Positions 50,698 through 60,978 of a DNA stretch of 64,000 bases are shown here, in pieces; position 1 is the stretch's first letter, and each line of letters begins with the position of its first letter. The position numbers and the translations under genes were made by a program. The stretch comes from Longimicrobiales bacterium (GTDB taxonomy: Bacteria > Gemmatimonadota > Gemmatimonadetes > Longimicrobiales > Gaopeijiaceae). Location of the stretch: NCBI GenBank assembly GCA_965204735.1, contig OZ242008.1:3968001-4032000 (forward strand). Reading direction: 5' to 3'. The notes beneath the pieces were generated by a model that had not been told where the DNA came from, did not search any database, and saw only the letters and a list, made by a program, of their open reading frames with translations.

Positions 50698-51864
50698 TCA
50701 CCGACTCACGTCGTGGGCTGCAAGTGTGGGAACGTCGTGGTCGTCGACCGAAGCCACCAGTATCCGATCCGACGACACAAATGCTATGGGAAAGGGTGAA
50801 TCGGGAGGAAGGGTACCCATGTACTCTCCGTCGTCCGCGAATACGTCGATCAGCCGTCCCTCGTCCCTTACCGTTCCCCGCAATACCCAGATGCCCCCAT
50901 CAGGTGCAACCGCTACGCCGGCGACAGCCTGCAAGTACTCACTGAACCCCAGCGTATGCACAGCTTCGTCTGCCGACACTTCGCAACCACGCCATACGGC
51001 ATGTCCTTCGGCTTCCCTCAACGCCATTGCCCTGCTCACTCGCCGCGCCCCAATCGGCCGCCGGACTTCCATGGTCAGTTGAAGATCATCAAAGACATGG
51101 ATCGCGTACTCCCGATCGCTCGCGACAGCAAGGCGGGTACCGTGGTCATGCCAGGGCATGCTCGGCGAGAACAACCGGTACGTTACTATCCCTCCCAGGC
51201 CGCACGTCGGGAACTCGACTACTGGCATGCCGATGGTCGGGCCAGACCTTATTCGCCTTGTTTCGCCACCTGACCGCCAGACCAAGTGCGGTATGCCATT
51301 TCGCTCTGTTTCCGCGTAACTGGGAAGAAACTCCATTGCCGCATACACAAAGCCGTTGCGCACAACCATGAGATTGTCCGCTATCATCATTGCCGACGCC
51401 CGGTCAAAGACGCCTGGGCTCATCGCGGGCAGGCGCCAACGAACAAAGCCTCGCATGTTGTCATACACCGCGAGTATGCTGTCGCCACCCACGGCCAGCG
51501 CCCTCGCGTTCTGCACCTCTCCTGGACCTCCTCCTCGCCTTCCTACTGTGGCGATCAAGGCGGCGTCCTGGCCCGCCAATACGACCACCCTTGAGAGTTG
51601 ATCCTGAAGGACATATACGTTGCCGAGTTTATCAGCGTCGACCCTCGCCGGCGTGAACGGAGAGACATCACCAAGCAACGTGTCTGCGTAACCACCAACA
51701 AGCCACTGCTGTTCAAAGCGCCAGGGCAGTGCGGCGTCTTCCGCAGGCCCCTGAACTACCGGAACCGAAGCCGGCCGGTCTCGGTCTTGTGCCCGCAACT
51801 GCGGCACTGCCACGGCGAGGACTTGCGCCATAGCGGCGAGCAGCACTCGCATCGAGCAGCTCAT
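50698..51864 (-). CDS. Secreted 6-bladed beta-propeller protein
   Basis: Signal peptide ending LRA/Q; GNVYVL...GRRGGGPGEV; PDGGIWV...DVFADDGEYMG; visibly lower GC. Confidence 0.82.
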   Translation of the reverse strand: MSCSMRVLLAAMAQVLAVAVPQLRAQDRDRPASVPVVQGPAEDAALPWRFEQQWLVGGYADTLLGDVSPFTPARVDADKLGNVYVLQDQLSRVVVLAGQDAALIATVGRRGGGPGEVQNARALAVGGDSILAVYDNMRGFVRWRLPAMSPGVFDRASAMMIADNLMVVRNGFVYAAMEFLPSYAETERNGIPHLVWRSGGETRRIRSGPTIGMPVVEFPTCGLGGIVTYRLFSPSMPWHDHGTRLAVASDREYAIHVFDDLQLTMEVRRPIGARRVSRAMALREAEGHAVWRGCEVSADEAVHTLGFSEYLQAVAGVAVAPDGGIWVLRGTVRDEGRLIDVFADDGEYMGTLPPDSPFPIAFVSSDRILVASVDDHDVPTLAAHDVSR

Positions 51865-51869
51865 TAGAT

Positions 51870-52460
51870 TTAGAACTCCCTGCAGCTCACATGGCCGTGG
51901 ACGTCCCAGTGTCCCTCCATGTCGTCGGACCGCTCATGCTCCTCCGCTTCGTACATGAAGTGCATTTCGTACTCGGCGTCCACTTCGTGGCCACACTCTT
52001 CTGAACCTTCCTTGGCCATGCATTCGCCGAAGCTGTTCCATGCCCGGGCCCTGTTGAACCCGTTCTTGCTGGAGTAGTCGTGAATCACGCAAGCCGGATC
52101 CGTGCCATATCCCTGCGCCTCGCTCTGGGGCCAGAAGGACGGAGGCCAAGACCCGAAATCGTAAACGTAGAGTACATGCCTTCGGCCTAACGGCACCCGA
52201 CGGACGATATCCAGCCAAATGCTGATCGGATCGATGTCTTCCGCGGCCGTTGTGACAAAGATCCCATGACTCGATCGCTCAAGGCTGTCGACGACACGCT
52301 GAACGGTACTGGCGTGAACAGCCATCAGCGCCTCGCTTCGTGAACTCTCGCCAACACTCTGCAATGGGGACGCGGCCCCACTGTCCGACCGACAAGCAAG
52401 CGACGAAAGAAGGAGCGACAGCACGAGGCAGCAGAAACCCGGCCCAGGCTTGGTCCTCAT
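51870..52460 (-). CDS. Hypothetical lipoprotein with Cys/His/Glu-rich C-terminus
   Basis: Hydrophobic signal with SLAC lipobox; tail CMAKEGSEECGHEVDAEYEMHFMYEAEEHERSDDMEGHWDVHGHVSCREF. Confidence 0.65.
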   Translation of the reverse strand: MRTKPGPGFCCLVLSLLLSSLACRSDSGAASPLQSVGESSRSEALMAVHASTVQRVVDSLERSSHGIFVTTAAEDIDPISIWLDIVRRVPLGRRHVLYVYDFGSWPPSFWPQSEAQGYGTDPACVIHDYSSKNGFNRARAWNSFGECMAKEGSEECGHEVDAEYEMHFMYEAEEHERSDDMEGHWDVHGHVSCREF

Positions 52461-52837
52461 GCGCCGGAACGTTCTGCTGGACGGCGCCTTCACAGCGTGG
52501 CCGATGGTCGTGCGGGGTGTCGTTCCATGCGACGCGCACCGCAGCCACGGCGTCCTCTGGGAGAGCCCGATCTTGGCGGCCAGATGTGCCTCCTGTGGCT
52601 GGTTGTGACGAACGGCCTGATCTTGGTCCCTCGTCCAACAAGTCCCTACGAGATGTGAATTGGTGCATCTTGTGGGGCACCGCAGTAGGCTGCCACCGGC
52701 GTCATTTCTGTTGACCCCCCCCGCCGAACGAGGACTACCTTCTGCGAGCCCCGGGCAGCGCGGATCGTTCGCAGCAATCGGGGAGGGGATTCCGGTTTGG
52801 CCGCTCCGTAGGGGGAACTAGCCAGGATGTCGTTGAC

Positions 52838-53359
52838 ATGGAAGAACGCGACGAACTGCTCGAGGAGTGGGTTCGCGACCACTGGGACCACCTCGTGCGA
52901 GGGGCGCAGAAATACCGTGGAAGGGCAACGACTGCCGAAGACGTGGTGCAGGAAGCCTTCGTGTTGGCGTCCGCCAAGCGGGACGAACTCAAGGACGAGA
53001 AGAAGACGAGGGAATGGCTGGCCGGGTTCGTGCGAAACGTGGGGATGAAGGCGTGGGAGAAGCGAGCGCGACGACAGCAGCTGATCCAAAAGCGCTATCA
53101 TCTGTTGGAACGAGACCCTCCTCGGCGTCCCGACGAGATACTCGACGACAAGCAAAAGAAGGAGGCCGTCGAGCGAGCGATAGCCACCCTGGCGCAACCA
53201 CAAAGAAAGGTCGTCGAACTCAAGCTCGACGGCCTCACCTATCGCGAGATCGCCGAGCAGCTCGGCATGGCGCTCCGAACCGTCAAGTCGCATCGGGCTC
53301 GTGCGCTTGCGGCCCTCCGCGAAGTCCTGGAGAAGGAGGGGTTCGCGGTCGAGTGGTGA
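52838..53359 (+). CDS. ECF RNA polymerase sigma factor
   Basis: AEDVVQEAF...EWLAGFVRN; region 4 GLTYREIAEQLGMALRTVKSHRARA. Confidence 0.9.
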   Translation: MEERDELLEEWVRDHWDHLVRGAQKYRGRATTAEDVVQEAFVLASAKRDELKDEKKTREWLAGFVRNVGMKAWEKRARRQQLIQKRYHLLERDPPRRPDEILDDKQKKEAVERAIATLAQPQRKVVELKLDGLTYREIAEQLGMALRTVKSHRARALAALREVLEKEGFAVEW

Positions 53360-53368
53360 CCGCCCTCC

Positions 53369-54526
53369 TCAGCCGCCCTCCCTCCACTCCACCAGGAAGA
53401 TGTTGGTGTTGCCCTCGTGGGCTTCGTTGCGGTTGGAGCCGAAGACGAGATGCGTGCCGTCGGGGTGGAAGACCGGGAAGCCGTCGAAGCCCTCGGACCA
53501 GGTGACCCGCTCCAGCCCCGTGCCGTCGACGTTGATCAGGTACAGGTCGAAGTCGCGTCCCCGGGGGTCGTGCATGTTCGACGAGAAGACGACCTGCTCC
53601 CCCGACGGGTGCCAGTACGGCGCGAAGTTGGCGGCCCCGTTGCTGGTCAGCCGGCGAAGGTTGGCGCCGTCGGCGTCGGCCACGTAGATGTCCAGCGCCG
53701 AGGGGCGGATCAGCCCGTCCGCCAGCAGAGACAGGTAGTCTTCGCGCTCGGCGTCGGTGTCGGGGTAGTGGGCGCGCCACACGATCTTGGAGCCGTCGGG
53801 GCTGTAGAACGCGCCGCCGTCGTACCCCAGCCGGTTGGTGATCCGTCGCACGTCGGAGCCGTCGGGAAGCATCGAGTAGAGGTCCAGATCGCCGTCCCGC
53901 AACGAGGTGAAGACGATCCGGTGGCCAGTGGGAGAGAAGGTGGCCTCGGCGTCGTAGCCGAACGAAGTGGTGAGCTGCCGCAGCCCGGCGCCGCTCGCGT
54001 CGGCGGCGAAGATGTCGAAGCTGGGGTAGACGGCCCACACGTAGCCCTTGGAGAAGTCGGGGCGCGCGGGGCAAGCCCGGTCGTAGTGGTGGGTGGAAGA
54101 GTAGAGGATGCGGTCGCCGCCCGGATAGAAGTACGCGCAGGTGGTTCTTCCCTTGCCCGTGCTGACGAGTGTCGATTCCCCGGTTCGCGGGTCCATCGTG
54201 TAGATCTGGTCGCACCCTTCTCCAGGCGTCGGCGTGGACTGGTAGATCAGCCGCGTCCCGTCGGGGGACCAGTACGCTTCGGCGTTTTCGCCCTGGAAGG
54301 TGAGCTGGCGCATCTTGCCGAAGCGGGTCTCCCGAGGCTCGACCAAGCCGTTGGCAGTCGTTGTCGACGGGGACGCGCCGGGCGGGTTCTGGGCCCGGAC
54401 GGCGACGGGAAGGGAGAGCGCCGCGATGCAGCAAAGTCCAAGGAGGCCGACGCGACTCGATCTGCCGCCCCCGAGCCGGACGACGGAGAAGAAGCGAGTT
54501 CGAAGCATTGCTGCCGACGTTGTCAT
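53369..54526 (-). CDS. TolB-like PD40-repeat exported protein
   Basis: GENAEAYWSPDG, GYDAEATFSP, GYDGGAFYSPDG, ANFAPYWHP, FDGFPVFHPDG. Confidence 0.9.
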   Translation of the reverse strand: MTTSAAMLRTRFFSVVRLGGGRSSRVGLLGLCCIAALSLPVAVRAQNPPGASPSTTTANGLVEPRETRFGKMRQLTFQGENAEAYWSPDGTRLIYQSTPTPGEGCDQIYTMDPRTGESTLVSTGKGRTTCAYFYPGGDRILYSSTHHYDRACPARPDFSKGYVWAVYPSFDIFAADASGAGLRQLTTSFGYDAEATFSPTGHRIVFTSLRDGDLDLYSMLPDGSDVRRITNRLGYDGGAFYSPDGSKIVWRAHYPDTDAEREDYLSLLADGLIRPSALDIYVADADGANLRRLTSNGAANFAPYWHPSGEQVVFSSNMHDPRGRDFDLYLINVDGTGLERVTWSEGFDGFPVFHPDGTHLVFGSNRNEAHEGNTNIFLVEWREGG

Positions 54527-54585
54527 GAAAGCGCCTTGCTGGTGGTGCGAGGTGACGAGGGACGAGAAGCCGGGAGGTCGAGAAG

Positions 54586-55419
54586 TCACAGCCGCAACGG
54601 CCGCCGGGCGACCCGTCGCAGCCCGAACCACCCCAGCGCCGACCAAAGGGCGAAGTGGTAGAAGAGCAGCCATGTCGCCTCCCAATCCCAGTCGGAGCGA
54701 ATCCCCTCGGCGAAGCGGGTCACCGCGTCCATGGGGAAGGTCAAGTACGGCAAGACGGCCGCCACGTGCTCCCAGAAGCCGGTCGCGAGGGGCGAAGCTG
54801 GTCCCAAGGTCGCCCCGATCACGACCGAGAGGAAGATGTAGCCCAGCCCGGCGAAGGCGTTGCGCCGGATCCCCAGCGCCGAAGCTGCGAAGCTGACGGC
54901 AGCCCCCATGAGTCCGAGGAGGGCCGGCTGCACAAACGCCGCCAGCGCCGTCGGGGCGTTCCCCCCGGGGGCCAATGCGGCAACCGCGACGGTGACGCCG
55001 AACACGAGCTGGAGGGCCAGGTTGACGACTTGCAGCGCCACGTAGCGCTTCACGTAGAAGGCGGGCAGAGACCCCCGCTGTTGCCCCCAGAGCATGACGG
55101 CGCCGGACGCCCTTTCGCCGGCGACCAAGCTGCCGACGACCAGCAGTCCGAAGAGCGTCGCCCCCATGTAGAAGGCGAAGCGGAGGAACCTGCCGACCAC
55201 CATGAGCGCCATGACCTGAACAAACGCGCCCTGCTCCTCTGGCGATGCCGACTCGTCGGGCGCGTTCGCCTCCATGAACTCCTGCATGTCGGTCAGGAAG
55301 GGGTTGACCTCCATCGACCTCGAAACCGCCGCCAGACCCACGCCCATGAGAAAGACGGACAGGGCCAGCTTCCAGCGGGTGCGACGCGCGTACTGGACCG
55401 TCGCCTTGAGGAGGCTCAC
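54586..55419 (-). CDS. ABC-2-type transporter permease
   Basis: 6 TMs, AGERASGA motif; GTGA overlap with the ATPase gene. Confidence 0.75.
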   Translation of the reverse strand: MSLLKATVQYARRTRWKLALSVFLMGVGLAAVSRSMEVNPFLTDMQEFMEANAPDESASPEEQGAFVQVMALMVVGRFLRFAFYMGATLFGLLVVGSLVAGERASGAVMLWGQQRGSLPAFYVKRYVALQVVNLALQLVFGVTVAVAALAPGGNAPTALAAFVQPALLGLMGAAVSFAASALGIRRNAFAGLGYIFLSVVIGATLGPASPLATGFWEHVAAVLPYLTFPMDAVTRFAEGIRSDWDWEATWLLFYHFALWSALGWFGLRRVARRPLRL

Positions 55420-56207
55420 GAGGGGCCTTCCTTTGCGCCGAGGCTTCCCGTGGAGCCGAGAAACGTCTCTTCGAGGAACTCGCGGGTGAAGCCCCCCGGC
55501 GGAGGCTCCACCAGCCGCGCGCCGCCGTCGCCGATGAGCAGGACTCGGTCGCTCATGACCGCCAGCTCGCCCAAGTCGTGGCTGGCCACCAGGACCGTCG
55601 TGGCCCGGGCGACCTCCTTGATCTTGCCGCGCAGGCGCATGCGCTGCCCCGGGTCCAGTCCCGCCTCGGGCTCGTCGAGGAAGAGGAGTCCGGGCCGCCC
55701 GACGAGGGCGACCGCCAACCCGAGGCGCCGCCGCATGCCCTTCGAGAGCTTCTCGGCGAGCCGGGTGGTCGAGTAGTCCACTCCGGCAAGCTCGCAGGCC
55801 CATGCCGGGTCGGCGCCGGGACCGACGGCCGAGGCCGCCAGCGCCAGGATGCCGTCGCAGGTCCAGCCCGAAGGCATCGCGGTGTCCTCGGCCAGGTAGC
55901 CGACGCCGAACGCGGTCCGGTAGGCGGTCGGCGCCATCCCCGAGATCGTCGCTTCGCCCGCAAGGGGCGGGAGGATGCCCAGGAGGGTGCGGAAGAGGGT
56001 CGTCTTGCCGGCGCCGTTGGGACCGACGACGGCCAGCACCTCGCCGGGGGACGCGTCCAGCTCCAGGCCGCCGAGGACCGGCGAGCCGGGAGCGTAGCCG
56101 ACGTCGAGGCGGACGGCCGTCACGCGGGCTGGTCCCGGGCGCCCGTTGGCGGCGGCCGGCGGCGAGCCGGGGCCGAAGGCGGCTGCGGATGCGGGGGGCG
56201 AAGTCAT
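55416..56207 (-). CDS. ABC transporter ATP-binding protein
   Basis: GPNGAGKT, LSKGM, FLDEP, SHD. Confidence 0.92.
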   Translation of the reverse strand: MTSPPASAAAFGPGSPPAAANGRPGPARVTAVRLDVGYAPGSPVLGGLELDASPGEVLAVVGPNGAGKTTLFRTLLGILPPLAGEATISGMAPTAYRTAFGVGYLAEDTAMPSGWTCDGILALAASAVGPGADPAWACELAGVDYSTTRLAEKLSKGMRRRLGLAVALVGRPGLLFLDEPEAGLDPGQRMRLRGKIKEVARATTVLVASHDLGELAVMSDRVLLIGDGGARLVEPPPGGFTREFLEETFLGSTGSLGAKEGPS

Positions 56208-57358
56208 GTCGTGCCTTGGGTTCGATGGACTTGGATGCCGCGACGGCCGAGCTCCGCGACGTAGAGGTCGGGAGGCACGACTTCGTCGGGGGTGCCCACG
56301 CCGGCTGCGGCGACCTGGCCTCGGGCCTGCATCAGGGCGGTGATCGAAAGGGAGAAGCCTGTGGTGCGCGCCATGGCGGTGATCCCCGTGGCCGGGTCCT
56401 GGGCGTCGTGGACCTCGTACGCCGTCGTGCGGGGGGCGCCGTCCTTGGCGCCGTCGACCTGGACGCGGGCTGCCACCAGGTCTTCGCCCCGAGGGTTGGA
56501 GAGCGCCGGCGTCGCCTGCCGGATGAAGAGCTTCCGGGGCGCGACAAGGGCTCCGTCCACCTCCACTTCCCGGGCGTCCAGCAGCCCCAGCTCCCGAACG
56601 GCCCGCATGATCCGCGCGTGGCCGGGGTAGCGCAGGGTCTTGTACTCCATCGCGCGGACCCGGCCCTCGTAGCGGTCGGGCATGGTGGAGATGCCTCCGC
56701 CCGTGTAGAAGGCCTCCAGCGTGCCGGGAGGGTCGGGAAACTCCACCGTCTCCAGTCCCGAGAGCGCCTCCACCTGGGTCTTGCACCCGTCCCGCAGCAC
56801 CGTCGCCGGCGTGACGTAGTAGTCCAGCACGCCCTCCAGGGAGTAGACGATCTGGTAGTCGAGGGGCGGTCGCGGGTTCTGGGGAAGGCCGCCGACCCAG
56901 ATGCGCACCGACTCTGCCGCGTCCATGCTCCGGATGCCTTCCTCCGCCAGGACGTTGACCATTCCGGGCGCCAAGCCGGTGTCGGGGACGACCGAGACGC
57001 CCCGGGCCCGAGCTTCGTCGTGGAGCGTCCGCTGGCGTCCCACGATCTCGGTCTTCCCGCCCAGGTCGGTGTAGTGGGCCCCCGTCGCCACGGCCAACCG
57101 CGCCATGGAGAAGTTGAAGAAGTAGGGGAGCGCGCAGAGGACCCCGGTCGCTCCCTCCATCAATGCCGCCACGTCGCGTTCCGCCGACGCGTCCACCTGC
57201 CGCAGCTCCAGTCGCCCGCCCACGTGGGGGGCCAGGAAGGGCTGCACGGCCTCGACGTTCAGGTCCGCCAGCACGACCCGCTCCACGGCGTCGTCCTGCA
57301 AGAGGTCGAAGGCGGCCGCGGAACCCTGGGCGCCTCCGCCCAGCACCAGGAAGGTCAA
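56204..57358 (-). CDS. Saccharopine/lysine dehydrogenase family oxidoreductase
   Basis: [41 protein letters not shown] overlap with the upstream stop. Confidence 0.88.
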   Translation of the reverse strand: MTFLVLGGGAQGSAAAFDLLQDDAVERVVLADLNVEAVQPFLAPHVGGRLELRQVDASAERDVAALMEGATGVLCALPYFFNFSMARLAVATGAHYTDLGGKTEIVGRQRTLHDEARARGVSVVPDTGLAPGMVNVLAEEGIRSMDAAESVRIWVGGLPQNPRPPLDYQIVYSLEGVLDYYVTPATVLRDGCKTQVEALSGLETVEFPDPPGTLEAFYTGGGISTMPDRYEGRVRAMEYKTLRYPGHARIMRAVRELGLLDAREVEVDGALVAPRKLFIRQATPALSNPRGEDLVAARVQVDGAKDGAPRTTAYEVHDAQDPATGITAMARTTGFSLSITALMQARGQVAAAGVGTPDEVVPPDLYVAELGRRGIQVHRTQGTT

Positions 57359-60036
57359 GACGCCTCCTCCGGGTCGGAGGGGTCGGGCAGCTCCCAGAGG
57401 CCGAGTCCGTCGGTGGGAGAGGCCGCGCCCGAGAGGCGGTCGGCGCCAAGCTCCGGCTCGCGAACCGACCGGCGGCTCCTCTCGTCGTCGCGCTTGCCGT
57501 CGGCGGCGCCCTTGGGGCTGCCGCGGTCGCCTTCCTTGCCTTCCCGACCGCTTCGGCTCCCGCCGTCGGCGCCGCTGGGGCCGGGGGCGATCCGCCGCGC
57601 CCCGAACGACCGCGTGACTTCGGCGATCCTGTCCCCCGTCGCGGGCGTCGTCAGCTTCTGGCCCCCGGCGTTGCGTCCCAGCAGGCCGATCTCGGCGGCG
57701 GCGAACGGGGTGAGGACGCCGCCTGCCGACACCAGCATGACCTGGTCGTCCTCCAGCACCTCCAACGCCGACACCACGGCGCCGCTCTCGTCGTCCAGGA
57801 CCACGGCCCGCGTCCCCAGCCCGCCGCGCTTCTGCGCCGAGAACTCGGCCAGGGGCGTTCGCTTTCCGGCGCCGCCTTCGGTCACCACGAGCACGGAGGC
57901 GTCGCGCACCACCGCCAGCATGCCGGCCACCTCGTCGCCGTCTCGGAGCGACACGCCCTTCACCCCCTGGGCGGTTCGCCCAACCACAGGCACTTGGTCC
58001 CCCGGGAACCGGATTCCGCGCCCGCGGCTGGTCACGAGCAGGAAGTGGGCGTCGCCCGAGGTGACGGCGGCGTCGAGCACCTCGTCGCCGGGGCGCAGCG
58101 TGACGGCGACGACGCCGCCCGGCCGAGGGTTCGAGAACTCGGCCAGCCGCGTGCGCTTCACCAAGCCCCGACGAGTCGCGAAGACCACGTAGCGGTCGTC
58201 GCCCAGCTCCTCCACCGGTACGATCGCCGCCATCGGGTCGCTCCGGTCCGCCTCCAGCAGCCCGTAGACGGACCTGCCCCGGGATGCCCGGGCGCCTTCG
58301 GGCACGTCCTCGACCCGCAGGAAGTGCGCCCGCCCCCGGCGCGAGAAGAGGAGCAGCCGTCCCCGGGAGCGCGCGACGACGACCTGCTGCGTGTAGTCGT
58401 CCGGGTACTTGTCCATGTTCGTCTGGGACATGCCGGAAGCGACCCGTCGCCGGTAGAGGCGCATGGGGATCCGCTTGGCGTAGCCCTGGCGGGAGATCAC
58501 CACCACGACGTCTTCGTCGGCCACGATGGAGCGCACGTAGGAGAAGTCGGCCTTGTCCTTGCCGTCGAGTATCTCGGTCCTGCGCGCGTCGCCGAACCGC
58601 TCCACCACCTCGTCCAGCTCCTCCAGCAAGACTTGAAGCTGGAGCTCCTCGTTGTCCAGCACGGCCCGCAGCTGCCGGATCTCCTTCACCAGCTCCGCTT
58701 CCCGGGCCCGCAGCTGGTCCCCCTCCAGAGCGGTGAGCTTGGCCAGCCGCATGTCGAGGATCGCCCCGGCCTGCACGTCGTCCAGCCCGAAGCGCCGCTG
58801 GAGACGCACCGACGCCTCGTCCCGGTCCGCCGATTCCCGGATCGTCGCGATCACCTCGTCGATCTGGTCCAGCGCCAGAAGGAGGCCCCGAAGGACGTGC
58901 AGCTCGGCCTCGGCCTGCTCCAGGTCGAAGCGGCAGCGCCTGCGGATCACGTCCAGCCGATGGTCCCGAAAGCGCTCCAGCAGCTCCTTCAGCGAGAACT
59001 CGTCCGGCTGCTTGCCGCCGTCCAAGGCCAGGAGGATCGCGCCGAAGGTGCACTGAAGGGCCGTCTTCTTGAAGAGAACGGCCATCATCCGCCTCGGCTC
59101 GGCGCCGCGCTTCAGCTCCACCACCAGCCGCATCCCCTCCCGGTCCGACTCGTCCCGCAGGTCCGCCACCTCGGGCAGCGCGCCCTTCCGGGCCAAGTCG
59201 GCGATCTGGTTGATCACCCGAAGCTTGGAGACTGCGTAGGGAAGCTCGGTGACGACCAGCTGCCTTCGGCCCCCGCGAAGCGATTCCGTCGTCACCCGGG
59301 CCCGCATCGTCATCCGCCCGCGACCGTCCTCGTACATCTTGCGGATGCCCTCGCGTCCCACGATGAACCCCCCCGTGGGGAAGTCGGGTCCCGGAAGCTC
59401 CTTCATCAGCTCCGCAACCGTGCACCGCGGCTTGCGCACCAGGACCCGCAGGGCGGCGGCCACCTCCCGCAAGTTGTGAGGGGGCACGTTGGTGCTCATC
59501 CCCACGGCGATCCCCGAGCTTCCGTTCACCAGCAGGTTGGGGACCCGGGACGGCAGGACGGTGGGCTCCTGAAGCCGGTCGTCGAAGTTGCTCTCCCAGC
59601 GGACCGTGTCCTTCTCGATCTCCGCGAGCATCTCGCGGGCGACGGGCGAGAGGCGCGCCTCCGTGTAGCGGTAGGCCGCGGCCGAGTCTCCGTCGACCGA
59701 GCCGAAGTTCCCCTGGCCGTCGACGAGGGGGTAGCGCAATGCGAACTCCTGCACCATGCGCACCAAGGCGTCGTACACCGCCGAGTCTCCGTGGGGGTGG
59801 TACTTCCCCAGAACCTCGCCGACGACGGTGGCGCACTTCTTGTGGGGTCGGTCGGGCCGGAGCCCGAGGCCGTGCATGGCGAAGAGGATCCGCCGGTGGA
59901 CCGGCTTCAGGCCGTCCCTCACGTCCGGGAGCGCCCGCTGGACGATGACGCTCATCGAGTAGTCGAGGAACGAGTCCCGCATCTCGCTCTCGATGACGCG
60001 GAGAACGATGCGCTCGCGCTTCTGGGCTACGGTCAT
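57355..60036 (-). CDS. gyrA: Type IIA topoisomerase subunit A (GyrA/ParC family); lacks the canonical GyrA-box, possibly ParC
   Basis: [23 protein letters not shown], catalytic [17 protein letters not shown], beta-pinwheel CTD. Confidence 0.85.
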   Translation of the reverse strand: MTVAQKRERIVLRVIESEMRDSFLDYSMSVIVQRALPDVRDGLKPVHRRILFAMHGLGLRPDRPHKKCATVVGEVLGKYHPHGDSAVYDALVRMVQEFALRYPLVDGQGNFGSVDGDSAAAYRYTEARLSPVAREMLAEIEKDTVRWESNFDDRLQEPTVLPSRVPNLLVNGSSGIAVGMSTNVPPHNLREVAAALRVLVRKPRCTVAELMKELPGPDFPTGGFIVGREGIRKMYEDGRGRMTMRARVTTESLRGGRRQLVVTELPYAVSKLRVINQIADLARKGALPEVADLRDESDREGMRLVVELKRGAEPRRMMAVLFKKTALQCTFGAILLALDGGKQPDEFSLKELLERFRDHRLDVIRRRCRFDLEQAEAELHVLRGLLLALDQIDEVIATIRESADRDEASVRLQRRFGLDDVQAGAILDMRLAKLTALEGDQLRAREAELVKEIRQLRAVLDNEELQLQVLLEELDEVVERFGDARRTEILDGKDKADFSYVRSIVADEDVVVVISRQGYAKRIPMRLYRRRVASGMSQTNMDKYPDDYTQQVVVARSRGRLLLFSRRGRAHFLRVEDVPEGARASRGRSVYGLLEADRSDPMAAIVPVEELGDDRYVVFATRRGLVKRTRLAEFSNPRPGGVVAVTLRPGDEVLDAAVTSGDAHFLLVTSRGRGIRFPGDQVPVVGRTAQGVKGVSLRDGDEVAGMLAVVRDASVLVVTEGGAGKRTPLAEFSAQKRGGLGTRAVVLDDESGAVVSALEVLEDDQVMLVSAGGVLTPFAAAEIGLLGRNAGGQKLTTPATGDRIAEVTRSFGARRIAPGPSGADGGSRSGREGKEGDRGSPKGAADGKRDDERSRRSVREPELGADRLSGAASPTDGLGLWELPDPSDPEEAS

Positions 60037-60978
60037 TCAGGCTCCATGGGGGTTGGGGTCGCGCACCATGGAAGCTACCACTCGCCGCCAAGCGCCCGGG
60101 ATCGTTCCCCGCTCCAGCACCTCCGCTTCGTCGCCGACCCGCAGCCGCCCGGGGCCGTGGTGCACGGCGTTGAGACCGAAGTAGGTCTTGTCCTCGATCC
60201 GCCGATACTTGGCCAAGGTGCGCAGCGGCTCCCCGTCCGGGTCCCGCGCCCCGCTCCGCTGGTCGTGGGTGGTGACCTTGCACCGCGCGCACAGCTTCAC
60301 CCCGCTGAAGACGAGCCCCCCGACCACGAAGCGCCGCCAGCGGTCCTCGTCGTGGGGGCGGGCGCCCGCGACGACGATGTTGGGGCGGAACCGCTCCACC
60401 GGGATTGCTCGACCGGCCCGGCGCGCAAGCTCCTCCACCGAGCCCTGGCCCACGACCAGCGCAGGGTAGCCGTCGGCAAACCCGACTCGACGGCCCTTGG
60501 CGTAGGCGGGATCGGTGGCGCGCTCGGCCTTGCCCAGGAAGACCAGCCGGCAGTCGCGCTTCAGCGCTTCCGAGATCCACTGGTCGACCGGCGCAGGCGC
60601 GGTCCTGGCGTCCAGCTCCGCCTCCCACACCCGGATGCGCAGGCGCGGCCCGTCGAAGGCGGGGACGGAGAGGGGGCCGACTCCGGGCGCCTCCAGCGCC
60701 AGCTCGCCGTTCGAGGCGCTCGCGCGGACGGTGGCGAGCCGCGGCGTCTCCCGTTGGGTGACGAAGGCGCCGTTGGGGAGCACGACCATCCAGCGGCGAT
60801 CGAAGCAGGGGCCGATCTCGTCGAACTCGACCGCCTCGGCGTCGGCGCCGCGAGCGCCCTTGACGGGGTGGATGCGCAGGCGGGCGATCCGGAGGCGTCC
60901 GTGGTCGGGGCGAGCAGAGGCCGAGTCGGCGCGGGCCGAGGCCGAATGGGCGGGCGCCGAGGAGGCGGTCGGATTCAT
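60037..60978 (-). CDS. MOSC domain protein (YcbX/mARC-like)
   Basis: IHPVKG, DRRWM, FADGYP, RFRPNIVV, CARC. Confidence 0.92.
   Translation of the reverse strand: MNPTASSAPAHSASARADSASARPDHGRLRIARLRIHPVKGARGADAEAVEFDEIGPCFDRRWMVVLPNGAFVTQRETPRLATVRASASNGELALEAPGVGPLSVPAFDGPRLRIRVWEAELDARTAPAPVDQWISEALKRDCRLVFLGKAERATDPAYAKGRRVGFADGYPALVVGQGSVEELARRAGRAIPVERFRPNIVVAGARPHDEDRWRRFVVGGLVFSGVKLCARCKVTTHDQRSGARDPDGEPLRTLAKYRRIEDKTYFGLNAVHHGPGRLRVGDEAEVLERGTIPGAWRRVVASMVRDPNPHGA

Noticed and set aside
52814..52834. GGAAC...CGTT ECF autoregulatory promoter
   Set aside because: The spacer is only 12 bp and it sits 3 bp from the ATG.
40292..53359. Prophage, IS or classical RiPP cluster
   Set aside because: No integrase, transposase, structural genes, modifying enzymes or peptidase-ABC transporter seen.
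56204..60628. 1474-aa ORF suggesting a giant fusion
   Set aside because: Only the last 384 aa (dehydrogenase) look real; the rest is an alternative frame over the topoisomerase gene.
60909..60968. 18-bp-period repeat in the MOSC N-terminus (SAPAHSASARADSASARP)
   Set aside because: Degenerate low-complexity linker with no evident function.
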